A DNA stretch of 52,482 bases from an uncultured bacterium (lineage in GTDB: Bacteria; Patescibacteriota; Minisyncoccia; Moranbacterales; GWC2-37-73): positions 1 to 52,482 of the forward strand of contig CAILTR010000092.1 in assembly GCA_903837175.1 (NCBI GenBank), given 5' to 3'. Below, piece after piece: positions 29,381 through 39,672 of this stretch. The position numbers were made by a program, and so were the translations under genes. Positions within the stretch are counted from its first letter, which is position 1, and the number at the start of each line of letters is the position of its first letter. Under the pieces are notes generated by a model. It made no database searches. It was not told the DNA's origin and worked only from the letters and a program-made list of their open reading frames with translations.

Positions 29381-30559
29381 TTACAATTTAATTTTTTCAA
29401 CCCCTGCCAAAATTTCACTGACCATTTTAGGGATGTCGAGGACTTTTTCGGCTTCGAGGACGGCGGGGAGTTTGGCCCGAGTTTCGGGTTTCTTGGGCAT
29501 AAGTCGCGTGCAGCAATCATCATGCGCAAGTTTTGAGATATCGTAAGTCCCGATTGCCTTAGCTAGGTTCATGATATCTTCTTTGTCGGTTCCGATGAGC
29601 GGACGAAAAATTGGCAGCTCGCCAGCCTGACTAACTACAAAAATATTTTCTAAAGTTTGCGAAGCAACTTGGCCGATGGAATCGCCAGTGACTAAGGCGA
29701 GGGCTCTTTCTCTCTTGGCTAATTTTTCAGCGACCTTCAGCATTAAGCGACGATAAAAAATAATCCGCAAGGACTCGTGGCAACTCAGCATAATTTCTTT
29801 TTGGGCGTCAGCAAAAGGGACGCAGTATAAAATTCCGGAAGATTGATATTTTTTAAGTACGCGAATAAGATCGGTAACTTTTTCTAAGCTAGCTCGCGAG
29901 GTATAGGGCATCGAGTGAAAATGCACAAAGCGCGTAGTAACCCCTCGGCGCAGGATATTAAAGGCGGCTACCGGCGAATCGAATCCGCCTGACATTAAAA
30001 CTAACGCGCGACCACCAGTGCCAACTGGTAAACCGCCCAGCCCTTTTTGCTTATCCAATGAAACTAACGCGTAGTCATTAATAATTGCCAGGAAACATTC
30101 ACAGTCGGGATCTTTAAGGCTGACCGCTTTTTTTCTCTTAAATTTTTCGAAAAGATAACCACCAACTTCGCGCTGGATTTCTTCGGAGGTCATTGGAAAG
30201 TCCTTGTTCGATCTTTGGCAGGTGACTCGAAAAGTTTGGAAATCTTTTGCCTTAATTAATTCCCAGCAGAAAGCTTTAATTTCTACTAAATCCTGCTTAA
30301 CGCTGTAAGCGAAAGCGTAATTAACAATTCCAAAAGTGTGCGCAAGGGCGCTCTCAACTTCGCTGAGGCTGGTAAGCCCCTTTTGATTAAGTTTAATTAA
30401 AATAGCCCCCGAGATTTTTTTTACAAACTCAAAACTACCTGGAGCAAAAGAGCTTAGTTGGTCCTTGAGGTTTTTAATTAAACGCGCTTCAAAATAATTG
30501 CGATTTTTCCCTTTCAAGGAAATTTCTCCGTAGCGAATTAAGATGTGATTAGCTTGCAT
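29381..30559 (-). CDS. thiI: tRNA 4-thiouridine synthase
   Basis: RYGEISLKGKNR, THUMP domain, GLGGLPVG, SGGFDS PP-loop, GQVASQT, DCC. Confidence 0.95.
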   Translation of the reverse strand: MQANHILIRYGEISLKGKNRNYFEARLIKNLKDQLSSFAPGSFEFVKKISGAILIKLNQKGLTSLSEVESALAHTFGIVNYAFAYSVKQDLVEIKAFCWELIKAKDFQTFRVTCQRSNKDFPMTSEEIQREVGGYLFEKFKRKKAVSLKDPDCECFLAIINDYALVSLDKQKGLGGLPVGTGGRALVLMSGGFDSPVAAFNILRRGVTTRFVHFHSMPYTSRASLEKVTDLIRVLKKYQSSGILYCVPFADAQKEIMLSCHESLRIIFYRRLMLKVAEKLAKRERALALVTGDSIGQVASQTLENIFVVSQAGELPIFRPLIGTDKEDIMNLAKAIGTYDISKLAHDDCCTRLMPKKPETRAKLPAVLEAEKVLDIPKMVSEILAGVEKIKL

Positions 30560-31128
30560 AATTTTTTACTAGGAGTATCCTGAAGAAGATTAGATTTCTG
30601 ATGCCCGCATGGCTATCTAATATAGATAGCATGAATAAGTCCAAAAGAAAAGCTAGGGTAGGCATGGGTTATTTTTTGGTCCCTAAAAACTAAAAATCCT
30701 AAAGCATGGGGCTTAGGATTTTTAGAAAGATTGTAGTTCACAGATAGAATATTTTTTTCAAAAATTGTAAATTGTAATAAAATAATCAGTAATTACCGAC
30801 TGAAATTCGGAAGTTGCGGATAGCCGTAATTTTATTAAAAAATTTTGCTTAAAGGCAACTTGTTGTTTTACAACATTTCAAATTTTATTCCAAAGTACTG
30901 CTGGGTTTTTTATTATTAATTACCCAATAATTAATAAAAGCAGTTTTTTGAATTTTATATACTGTTTGCTTATCTGGAACTTGACGTTAAAGAACATGTC
31001 ACCGTATCTGTAAAGATGGTGATAAAGTAATGTTAGCAACTACTAGCAAATAGGTCAAAGATACAGAATATCACGTTTGCCATTAAATGCTTTAGATAAG
31101 CTTCAAAGTTAATGAAAAAGAATTATTC

Positions 31129-31167
31129 GTCAATACTATTGACTATATTTTAAATACCTGCTATTCT
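31129..31167 (+). promoter_or_regulatory. trmB promoter with palindromic operator over the -35
   Basis: GTCAATA-c-TATTGAC at 31129-31143; TTGACT-17-TATTCT; ATG 6 nt later (near-leaderless). Confidence 0.65.
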
Positions 31168-31173
31168 AAAAAT

Positions 31174-31908
31174 ATGGAACTAATAAAACCTCTAAAAGAT
31201 ATTGGACTTAACGATAAGGAAGCGCGTTGTTATCTAGCACTACTTCCGCTTAATCAAGCCACCGCCTATATGGTGGCGCTTCGCAGTGGGGTTAAAAAAC
31301 CTACCGCTTACGTAATTTTGGAAAGCTTAGTTAGCAAGGGCTTTGCCTTGAAAATACCTAGCCAGAAAAAAATTAAATATATGGCGAAATCCCCCGAAGA
31401 ATGTTTTGCTTTCGCTAGCGAAAAAATTAAATTAGCGCAAGAAGCTTTGCCAGCATTGATGGCGATTCGTAATAGTATCAGCGATAAACCTAAAGCTTAT
31501 TACTTTGAAGGGAAGAGTGGTCTCGACTTGATAGATGCGGATATTTTAAAAATTAAGAGCGAAGTTATTGCTTTTACAACTCCACTTTTTGTTATGACTG
31601 AAAATGAAAAAACCAGCAAAGCTTACATTAAAAAAAGAATTGCGACCGGCATTCAGGCCAGAGTGATTGGGCAAGTCTCGGCTGAGGTAGCGGATCTAAA
31701 AAAAATGGACAAAGCTGAATTGCGACAAACTAGAATGTTACCCGCAGAGCTTTTTTCTTCCGAAGTTGAATTGGGTATTTGTGGCGATAAGGTCTACGTC
31801 TCAAATTATAAGAAAAAGTTTGGTCTGATTATCGAAGATAAGGATATTAGCGCAACGCTTAAGAAAATCTTTGAAGTAGTTTGGAATAGCGAAAAAATAG
31901 TGAAATAG
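31174..31908 (+). CDS. TrmB-family transcriptional regulator
   Basis: IGLNDKEARCYLALL, KPTAY.ILESLVSKG, YFEGKSG, ICGDKV, FEVVW. Confidence 0.9.
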   Translation: MELIKPLKDIGLNDKEARCYLALLPLNQATAYMVALRSGVKKPTAYVILESLVSKGFALKIPSQKKIKYMAKSPEECFAFASEKIKLAQEALPALMAIRNSISDKPKAYYFEGKSGLDLIDADILKIKSEVIAFTTPLFVMTENEKTSKAYIKKRIATGIQARVIGQVSAEVADLKKMDKAELRQTRMLPAELFSSEVELGICGDKVYVSNYKKKFGLIIEDKDISATLKKIFEVVWNSEKIVK

Positions 31909-32035
31909 CTAGGTGAAATAATTAGGGCTGGTAATCGTATAACTAGTGTGCTATAACTATTTTAATGACACGGCAAGGCGTTTGTCGCGTTTTTATTTTT
32001 GGAGAACATTAACAAAAGAAAAAGTGAGGTGCACA

Positions 32036-33538
32036 GTGGAGCAAGAAAAAAGGATTTTGTTCATCCAGCCCTATGATAGGCCCTGGATGAATCCCAAGTT
32101 TTCTGCCGGTCGTAAAAACTCGCTGCCACCACGGGCAGTTTTCGAAGTAGGGCAGCGGATTCCTCTAGAATACGCGTTTGCCTTTTTGGATGTAAACTTA
32201 CGATCCAAGCAGGAACCGGCTTGGTCGATCGAAAAAATTGTTACTGAAAAAGTAAGGGAGTTCCAGCCGGACTTGATTCTATTAGCTTTCCCGACGTTTG
32301 CGCAAGGAGCGCAAGTTAAGGAAATTATTTTGACGGCTAAGAAAATTAGTCCAGCCGTAAAAATAATTTTAGGTGGGGCGACGCTTAATTTAATTGAGGA
32401 TGCTCCTCGGAGGCGTTGGGATTGGCCAGTGGATGCCTGTTATTGGGGCAATGGGGCTGGGATTACAGAGCTCATCGAGGAAGTTTTGGTCGCTGAGCCA
32501 GGTTGTTTTTTAACAAAATCAGACCCAGCAGGCTCGCTCATCGATGATTATACGCCAGAAGCTTTTTATACCGCTAATAGCCGTTTCGATTTTGATGGCT
32601 ATTTAGCGGAAACAAGAAGCGCGGGAATGAATCCTGGGGCAGTGGTCGAATTGGTTAGAGGGTGCGATCGCCGTTGTAATTATTGCGCTTTTGGGTTAAA
32701 TTCAGTTGCTAAGAGAAGTAGAAAACCTGCCACGGTACTGGCGGAATTTTACTATCTTGCCCAGGAGGGGATTGATTACATTTTAATCATCGATCCAACT
32801 TTTGGCCTGGCAGGAAGCGAGACGGATGAGTTGTTAAATGGGATGATGGTTTTTCATACTAACTATCCTGAAGTGCAATTTGATGTCATGACCTCCTCTG
32901 GGCACCTGACTGCGGAATTTGCTAGAAAATTAAAGGAAGCAAGTTGTGGGCGTTGTGGGCTTGGGTTTGAGACGATGAGTCAAGCTGGGCTGTATTTTTT
33001 AGCAAAGGCTTCAGGGCCAGCTTCAGGGCCGGAGATGGTGAGGAAGGCTGTCCAGAACCTAGTAAAAGCGGGGGTTCAAGTTAGATTGTTTCATATGCTG
33101 ATTCCTGGAGAATTTTCTACTGACACAATCGCTTTTTTATTGGAGCTTGCTGAAAGAAAAGTGGACTTCATCGTCCAAAGTTCTTTCTTGCGACCTTTAC
33201 CAGACAAGGAGGCACAAGAACTTTTCTGGACACAGGATCGGACCATATTTAATCCAGCAAGAGATACAGTCGAACATGTGATGGAGTACCTGCTAATTAA
33301 CATAGCTTTTCCTTCAATGGATCTTACCTTTGAGGATTTTAATTTAAGAGAAGCTATTAAGCAGGCTATTATCGAAAAAAGACCTTTAAAAAGCCTTTTT
33401 TCGCAAAGTTGCAGTGAAGGAAGAATTGTTCTTAAAAGCGGTGAGTATACATTCACCGAATCAAAAACGCACGATCCAATGTGGATGTGCATAAAAAAGG
33501 AGGCGCTATTATGCGAAACGTTCGCGCAGAGTGATTAG
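32036..33538 (+). CDS. Divergent B12-binding-domain radical SAM protein (GTG start after gaggt)
   Basis: FQPDLI, KIILGG, RGCDRRCNYC, GFETMS. Confidence 0.8.
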   Translation: MEQEKRILFIQPYDRPWMNPKFSAGRKNSLPPRAVFEVGQRIPLEYAFAFLDVNLRSKQEPAWSIEKIVTEKVREFQPDLILLAFPTFAQGAQVKEIILTAKKISPAVKIILGGATLNLIEDAPRRRWDWPVDACYWGNGAGITELIEEVLVAEPGCFLTKSDPAGSLIDDYTPEAFYTANSRFDFDGYLAETRSAGMNPGAVVELVRGCDRRCNYCAFGLNSVAKRSRKPATVLAEFYYLAQEGIDYILIIDPTFGLAGSETDELLNGMMVFHTNYPEVQFDVMTSSGHLTAEFARKLKEASCGRCGLGFETMSQAGLYFLAKASGPASGPEMVRKAVQNLVKAGVQVRLFHMLIPGEFSTDTIAFLLELAERKVDFIVQSSFLRPLPDKEAQELFWTQDRTIFNPARDTVEHVMEYLLINIAFPSMDLTFEDFNLREAIKQAIIEKRPLKSLFSQSCSEGRIVLKSGEYTFTESKTHDPMWMCIKKEALLCETFAQSD

Positions 33539-33542
33539 GGGT

Positions 33543-33577
33543 GGGGCTGGACTTTAATACGTTCAGCCCCCTTTTTT
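33543..33577 (+). terminator. Terminator after radical SAM gene
   Basis: ggggctggac...gttcagcccc plus T-run. Confidence 0.75.
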
Positions 33578-33683
33578 ATTGCTTAAAAACTTAATCTGCG
33601 GTACGCTTTACGTTATGAACGTTAGAACGTTAGAACGTTAAAACGTTCATAACGTTAAATTTGATTAACTTTATAACTAACAT

Positions 33684-34745
33684 ATGTCATTACAAATCGG
33701 AATCGTCGGGCTGCCGAATGTGGGGAAAAGTACCCTTTTTAAAGCCTTGACTAAAAATCCAGTGGAAATTAGTAATTACCCGTTCTGCACGATTGAGCCG
33801 AATGTGGGGGTGGTGAAGGTGCCAGACGAGCGCCTTTTAAAGTTGTCGGAAATGTCCCAGACGGAGAAAATTGTGCCGGCCGTGGTGGAATTTGTCGATA
33901 TCGCTGGGATTGTGAAGGGCGCCTCGGAAGGCGAAGGTCTAGGCAATAAATTTTTAGCCAATATCCGGGAAGTTGATGCCATTGCCCAGGTAGTCAGGGT
34001 TTTTAGTGATGATAAAATTACGCATGTCCACAATGCTATTAATCCAGTGGGTGACATCGAAGTGATTAATCTAGAACTTATTTTAGCCGATTTAGATACA
34101 ACGGCTAAGACGCAATTTCGGATCGAGAAAGAGGCCAAGGGCAATAAAAAAGGTGCCGGCAAACAATTAGAAGTAATTGAAAAAATTAAAGTGACGCTGG
34201 AGGCTGGGAAACTGGCTAACGAAACGCCTGACCTAGCAGAAATGCTCAAAGACGAATACGGAAAATTAATCATTCGAGAAATGTCACTGCTAACGCTGAA
34301 ACCATTTTTATATATTTTTAACGTGGCCGATGTTAGCGAAAAACTTTTACCTGAGCTAGAAAATAAAAAACATCTTAAGTTGGACATTAAAATTGAGGAA
34401 GAATTAATTGAAATGACGCAAGAGGAAAAAACTGAAATGGGTTTAGTTTCACATATTGATGATTTAATTGTCGCAGCCTATGATCTTTTAGGTTTGCAAA
34501 CTTTCCTGACGACGGGCAAAATCGAAACGCGCGCTTGGACGATTAAAAAGGGCGCGACCGCGCCGGAAGCGGGGGCAGCTATTCACACGGATTTTCAAGA
34601 AAAATTTATCAGGGCCGATGTCATTGCTTGGGATAAACTTTTAGAAATTGGCTCTTGGGGTAAAGCTAAGGAACTTGGGGCCGTTAAAACCGTCGGGCGT
34701 GATTACGTAATGACGGATGGGGAAGTGGTTGAATTTAAAGTCTAG
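33684..34745 (+). CDS. ychF: Redox-regulated ATPase YchF
   Basis: GIVGLPNVGKSTLF, NYPFCTIEPN, GASEGEGLGNKFL, IHTDF, DYVMTDG. Confidence 0.97.
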   Translation: MSLQIGIVGLPNVGKSTLFKALTKNPVEISNYPFCTIEPNVGVVKVPDERLLKLSEMSQTEKIVPAVVEFVDIAGIVKGASEGEGLGNKFLANIREVDAIAQVVRVFSDDKITHVHNAINPVGDIEVINLELILADLDTTAKTQFRIEKEAKGNKKGAGKQLEVIEKIKVTLEAGKLANETPDLAEMLKDEYGKLIIREMSLLTLKPFLYIFNVADVSEKLLPELENKKHLKLDIKIEEELIEMTQEEKTEMGLVSHIDDLIVAAYDLLGLQTFLTTGKIETRAWTIKKGATAPEAGAAIHTDFQEKFIRADVIAWDKLLEIGSWGKAKELGAVKTVGRDYVMTDGEVVEFKV

Positions 34746-34890
34746 ATCATATAATCAAACTGGCATTTAAACATTTAAACAAAAATACAAAATTCAAAAA
34801 GATAAGCAGCCCCTTCTGGTTGCTTTTTTTGAATTGTTTTTTGTGCTATAATATGAATAGTTAGTTAATAAGCTTTACATTCAAATTAAG

Positions 34891-35853
34891 ATGCTTGGAG
34901 CTAAGTTAAAAAAAAGAATTTATAATGAATTTAATTTAAAAAAACAAGCCGAGGAGCTTGGTTTAAAGGTTTGGCAAACTCCCAGTTTCTTATTTATTGT
35001 GATGGGTTTTGTGATTGTGGTAGCGATAGCGGGGGTTTACTTTATTTCCAATAATTATGATTCTCCGGACATTCTAGTTATTAGTGAGTCGGTGGTGGTA
35101 TCAATTCTTTTTATCATTGGAAATTTCATTATTAGTAGTGTTGACCAAGTAGCTAGAGCGAATAAAATGAAAACGGAATTTATTTCGATTGCCTCGCATC
35201 AACTCAAAACTCCAATTGCAGAAATTAATTGGCAAATTGAACTACTACTCTCGAAATTTCCTGGCGGCCTGAGCGAAAAACAGCAACTATTGATTGGCCA
35301 AATTGCTCATTCAAGTCAGAAAATGGCTAGACTGGTGGGTGACCTCCTAGACGTAGCCCACATTGATCAAGGAAAGTTAGCTCTAAATAAAGAGCAGATT
35401 AATTTATGCGATATTATTAATGAGGCGGTTATGAACCAGCGCCCGCTAGCTAGTGCTGCCGAGATTGAGCTGAAATATTTAGGTTCGGCAGTCCCGCTAG
35501 AGGTGTTGGTTGATAGGCGAAGAATTGTGGTTGTTTTGGACAACCTCATTTCAAATGCGATTAAATATACAGGTGAAAAAGGTAGGGTAGAAATCTTGTT
35601 AGAAAAAAAAGATGAGCTTGTCCAGGTATGTATTCGAGATAATGGGGTTGGTATCCCAAGAAATGAGCAAACTGATATCTTTAAAAAGTTTTTCCGTAGT
35701 AACAATAAAATGAAAAATAATACTGAAGGCACTGGGCTTGGATTATATATTGCAAAAAATATTATAGAACAATCGGGAGGTAAGCTCTGGTTTCAATCAA
35801 TTGAGAACACCGGTTCGGAGTTCTTTTTTAGCCTGCCATTAGCTAAAGCTTAA
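34891..35853 (+). CDS. Sensor histidine kinase (2 TM)
   Basis: ASHQLKTP H-box, NLISNAIKY, DNGVGI, GTGLGL. Confidence 0.93.
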   Translation: MLGAKLKKRIYNEFNLKKQAEELGLKVWQTPSFLFIVMGFVIVVAIAGVYFISNNYDSPDILVISESVVVSILFIIGNFIISSVDQVARANKMKTEFISIASHQLKTPIAEINWQIELLLSKFPGGLSEKQQLLIGQIAHSSQKMARLVGDLLDVAHIDQGKLALNKEQINLCDIINEAVMNQRPLASAAEIELKYLGSAVPLEVLVDRRRIVVVLDNLISNAIKYTGEKGRVEILLEKKDELVQVCIRDNGVGIPRNEQTDIFKKFFRSNNKMKNNTEGTGLGLYIAKNIIEQSGGKLWFQSIENTGSEFFFSLPLAKA

Positions 35854-35938
35854 TGATAAAGGGTATAAATAAAATTTATTATAGTAAGATTGTCTAGCTT
35901 TTATATTAAAGAGATTCTAATCTTATTTAACAAGCTAA

Positions 35939-36316
35939 ATGGAAAAGAAAAAACTACTTATTGTAGAAGACGATGTGGTTTTAAAAAATTCGCTGGAAGA
36001 ATTTTTAATTGCTGAGGGCTTTGAAGTTTCAAGTGCACTCGATGGCGAAATTGGAGTGGAGAAAGCTTTTGCAGAAAAGCCTGATTTGATTTTATTGGAT
36101 ATTGTCTTGCCTAAAAAAGATGGCTACGAAGTTCTTGCTGAAATTAAGGCTAATCCAGAAACGACCCATATTCCGGTGGTGTTACTGACTAACTTAGGCA
36201 GTATTGCGGATGTAGAAAAAGCCCTAGCCTTAGGCGCGACAACCTATTTAATTAAAGCTGACTATAAGCTTGATGAAATTACTCAGAAAATAAGAGAGAT
36301 TTTGAATCTGAAATAG
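35939..36316 (+). CDS. Single-domain response regulator
   Basis: LIVEDD, LLDIVLP, LTN, YLIK. Confidence 0.93.
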   Translation: MEKKKLLIVEDDVVLKNSLEEFLIAEGFEVSSALDGEIGVEKAFAEKPDLILLDIVLPKKDGYEVLAEIKANPETTHIPVVLLTNLGSIADVEKALALGATTYLIKADYKLDEITQKIREILNLK

Positions 36317-36451
36317 GCCCAGGAGGGTTTGTGGAACATAGAATAGGAAATTTCAAATTTCAAATTTCAAATTTCCAATGAAATGCAATAGAAATAAAAT
36401 AGAAATAGCGTAGCAATAAGGGCCAACAAAAAAATAAAAAACACAAACTAA

Positions 36452-38200
36452 ATGCAAATAACCAATAAACAACTGAGGGATTTCATCACCGATTCAGGTT
36501 TATTAGAACCGGAAGTGATTGAAGAAAATTTCCAGCAAGCAACCAAGCAGGTCAAAAAGTTAGGTGATTTATTGATGGAAAAAAAGTTAGTCAGTGAGAT
36601 TGATCTTAAGAAATTATATTCATATATTCTTGGGATTCCTTTTGTGAATTTAGAGAAAGAGGTTATCGCAAATGAAATTTTACATATTATTCCAGAACCG
36701 ATTGCGAAAAAATATGGTATTGTGGCCTTTGAAAAAAAAGGGAATGATTTAAAAGTGGCGATGAAAAATCCGGAGGATCTTCAGACGATAGATTTTATTA
36801 GAAAAAAGACCGGTCTGAAGATTATCCCGTGTCTTACGAGCGAAGATAATATTAAAATAGTTCTAAAGCAATATGAAAAAAGCTTAAAAGCTGAATTTGG
36901 TGACCTTATTAGCGATGACTCAGAAAAAATTTCTTCAGATAATTCTGATGATGATTTAGAGAAGATAGCGCAGGACCTTCCAATTGTGCGGATTGTAGAT
37001 ACACTTATTAAGCATGCAATATTGCAGTCTGCTAGTGACATTCACATTGAGCCAGATGAAAAAGAAGTTCGCGTTAGATATCGAATTGATGGAATTTTGC
37101 ATGACGCGATGACTCTGCCAAAGCAAGTCACGGGTGGCCTAATTGCTCGCCTGAAAGTGCTTTCCAGTTTAAAACTCGATGAGCATCGCTTGCCTCAAGA
37201 TGGACGTTTTAAAATTGAAAAAGATGGGTATAAAATTTCTTTTCGGGTTAGTATCTTACCAGTTTTTGAAGGCGAGAAAGTCGTAATGCGTTTACTAGAT
37301 GAAACTTCAAAAGGTTTGACTCTGGAAAAAATGGGTTTATATGGCGATGCCTTGGAGAAAGTTCATCAACATATCAAGCGTCCAAACGGCATGATTTTAG
37401 TAACTGGCCCAACGGGAAGCGGAAAAACTTCAACCTTATATACCGTGATGGATATTTTAAATACTTCAGAGGTTAATATTAGTACCGTTGAGGATCCAGT
37501 GGAGTATCGGATGCCGAGAGTAAATCAAACTCAAATTAATCCTAAAATAGGAATGACTTTTGCAGCCGCGCTGCGCAGTCTTTTGCGTCAAGATCCAGAC
37601 ATTATCATGGTCGGGGAAATTCGAGATGGCGAAACAATGCAGATTGCGATTGAAGCTGCGATGACTGGGCATCTAGTGCTTTCAACTTTGCATACTAATA
37701 GTGCGGCTGGCGCCTTGCCACGCCTTTTAGATATGGGCGCGGAAGCTTTTTTAGTAGCGTCCACCGTCAACATTGTAATCGCCCAACGCTTGGTGCGAAA
37801 ATTATGTAATGATTGCAAGGTCGAATATAATTTTGATCAGGCAACCATCAAAGATTTACAAGCTAGTTTTGAGCTGGCTGAGATTTTAGAAGTGATGAAA
37901 AAAACACCCCAATTAAAGGGGATTGTGAATGAAAAAAGTACTTGGAAAGATATTAAATTTTATAAAGCTAAAGGTTGTGAACAGTGCAATAATGAAGGGT
38001 ATCATGGCAGACAGGGGATTTTTGAGGTGCTAGTTATTGATGAAGAGATTGGCAAGCTAATAACTGCTAGTGCTTCAACGGATGAGATTGAACGAAAAGC
38101 TAAAGAGGAGGGTATGCATAAAATGTATGAAGATGGTTTCATTAAGGCTGCGATGGGCGTAACTTCGATCGAAGAAATAATTAGAGTAACTAAAGAGTAG
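36452..38200 (+). CDS. pilB: Type IV pilus assembly ATPase (PilB/GspE)
   Basis: ASDIHIEP, PQDGR, GPTGSGKT, EDPVE, LRQDPD, STLHTN, two CxxC. Confidence 0.95.
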   Translation: MQITNKQLRDFITDSGLLEPEVIEENFQQATKQVKKLGDLLMEKKLVSEIDLKKLYSYILGIPFVNLEKEVIANEILHIIPEPIAKKYGIVAFEKKGNDLKVAMKNPEDLQTIDFIRKKTGLKIIPCLTSEDNIKIVLKQYEKSLKAEFGDLISDDSEKISSDNSDDDLEKIAQDLPIVRIVDTLIKHAILQSASDIHIEPDEKEVRVRYRIDGILHDAMTLPKQVTGGLIARLKVLSSLKLDEHRLPQDGRFKIEKDGYKISFRVSILPVFEGEKVVMRLLDETSKGLTLEKMGLYGDALEKVHQHIKRPNGMILVTGPTGSGKTSTLYTVMDILNTSEVNISTVEDPVEYRMPRVNQTQINPKIGMTFAAALRSLLRQDPDIIMVGEIRDGETMQIAIEAAMTGHLVLSTLHTNSAAGALPRLLDMGAEAFLVASTVNIVIAQRLVRKLCNDCKVEYNFDQATIKDLQASFELAEILEVMKKTPQLKGIVNEKSTWKDIKFYKAKGCEQCNNEGYHGRQGIFEVLVIDEEIGKLITASASTDEIERKAKEEGMHKMYEDGFIKAAMGVTSIEEIIRVTKE

Positions 38201-38371
38201 CTATCTCTAAGGGTGGTACTATTGCGGGGAGTGTTTTGAAAGTAGTTTGTTTTTACTTAATGCACCCAAATTTTTAATTTTTAATTTATAATGAAATCTA
38301 AATTTTTTAATTTTAAAAATTTAAACATTGAAAAATTGATTTAAAATTTCAAATTTCAAATTATTTAAGTT

Positions 38372-39598
38372 ATGCCCAAATATATCTACACTGCTAAAAG
38401 TTATGATGGCCAAACCAAGGGTGGAGAGGTTATCGCTCAGAATGAAAAAGCCCTAGCTGCTCAACTACGGGGGGACGGTTTTTTAGTCACCTCGATAAAG
38501 CTAGTCAGTGAGCAGCAATTTGAAGGTATCGCCAAGGCTAAATTTTTAGATATATTTAATAGTGTTCCCTTGAAAGAAAAAATGGTCTTTGCCAGAAATT
38601 TAAGTGTGATGATTAGCTCAGGATTGACGGTCTCACGCGCCGTGAATAATTTAGCGCTTCAAGTTGAGCATAAGGGTTTCAGGAAAATTTTGGAAGATAT
38701 TTTTAATGAAATGCAAAGTGGGAAAACTCTAAGTGAAGGCTTTGCAAAATATCCTGGGGTTTTTGGCGATCTTTTTATTAATATGGTTAGGGTTGGGGAG
38801 GTGGCTGGTAATCTGGATGAGGTTTTAAAGATAGTTGCAGTTCAACTAGAGAAAGAACATGATCTAAAAGGAAAAGTGAAAGGCGCAATGATTTATCCAG
38901 CGGTTATTATTACGGTCATGCTCGTGATTGGAGTTCTGATGCTGACTTACGTGCTGCCCCAAATGCTGGGAGTATTTAAAGATATGGGCGCTGAGCTTCC
39001 ACCAATGACTAAATTTTTAATTTTGCTTAGTGATACAATGCGAAACAATGGCGTGACGGTAGCAATTGTTTTCATTGGCTTGGCTCTTTTTTTAAGATTT
39101 TTTTTACAACGAGAAGTTGGGAAAAAAGCTTTAAGTTATTTTACGGTGCATGTTCCAGTCTTTAGTCCTATCGTTAAGCAGGTTAATTGCGCTCGTTTTG
39201 CTAGAATTTTTAGTTCGCTTTTAAGAAGTGGAGTTAGTTCGATTGAAGCTTTAAAGATTATTTCTAACACGCTTTCAAATTATTATTACAAACAAGCCTT
39301 TCTGTCTGGGGCAGAAGAAATTCAAAAAGGAATTCCGCTGAGCGAGATTTTAGCCAAGCATCAAGATATTTTTCCACTATTAGTTTCTCAAATCGTGCAG
39401 GTGGGAGAAGAAACTGGAAAAACCGATGTTGTTTTAATTCAGCTAGCCGAATTCTACGAAGATGAGGTTGATCAAGTAACTAAAAATATGTCCTCTATCA
39501 TTGAGCCAATCCTGATGGTTGTGATTGGTGGTGCGGTTGGTTTTTTTGCAGTGGCTATGCTCCAGCCAATGTATAGCATGATGGGTAGTATTAAATAA
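38372..39598 (+). CDS. pilC: Type IV pilus platform protein (PilC/GspF)
   Basis: VGEVAGNL, AMIYP, VGEETG, IIEPIL. Confidence 0.95.
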   Translation: MPKYIYTAKSYDGQTKGGEVIAQNEKALAAQLRGDGFLVTSIKLVSEQQFEGIAKAKFLDIFNSVPLKEKMVFARNLSVMISSGLTVSRAVNNLALQVEHKGFRKILEDIFNEMQSGKTLSEGFAKYPGVFGDLFINMVRVGEVAGNLDEVLKIVAVQLEKEHDLKGKVKGAMIYPAVIITVMLVIGVLMLTYVLPQMLGVFKDMGAELPPMTKFLILLSDTMRNNGVTVAIVFIGLALFLRFFLQREVGKKALSYFTVHVPVFSPIVKQVNCARFARIFSSLLRSGVSSIEALKIISNTLSNYYYKQAFLSGAEEIQKGIPLSEILAKHQDIFPLLVSQIVQVGEETGKTDVVLIQLAEFYEDEVDQVTKNMSSIIEPILMVVIGGAVGFFAVAMLQPMYSMMGSIK

Positions 39599-39672
39599 GA
39601 AGCATGCAATCATATAATCATTTAAACATTTAAACACGGAAACATTTTGGAGTTTTGTGTTTTTAAGAGGCT

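Noticed and set aside
30600-31120. Possible ncRNA or small gene in the long thiI-trmB gap
   Set aside because: Only isolated hairpins (about 30690-30723 and 30998-31025) and very short ORFs; no recognisable family
33776-34387. 203-aa ORF antisense to ychF, and similar shadow ORFs on dnaG, purD, metK, pyrE and pilB
   Set aside because: Antisense shadows of conserved genes with no independent motifs
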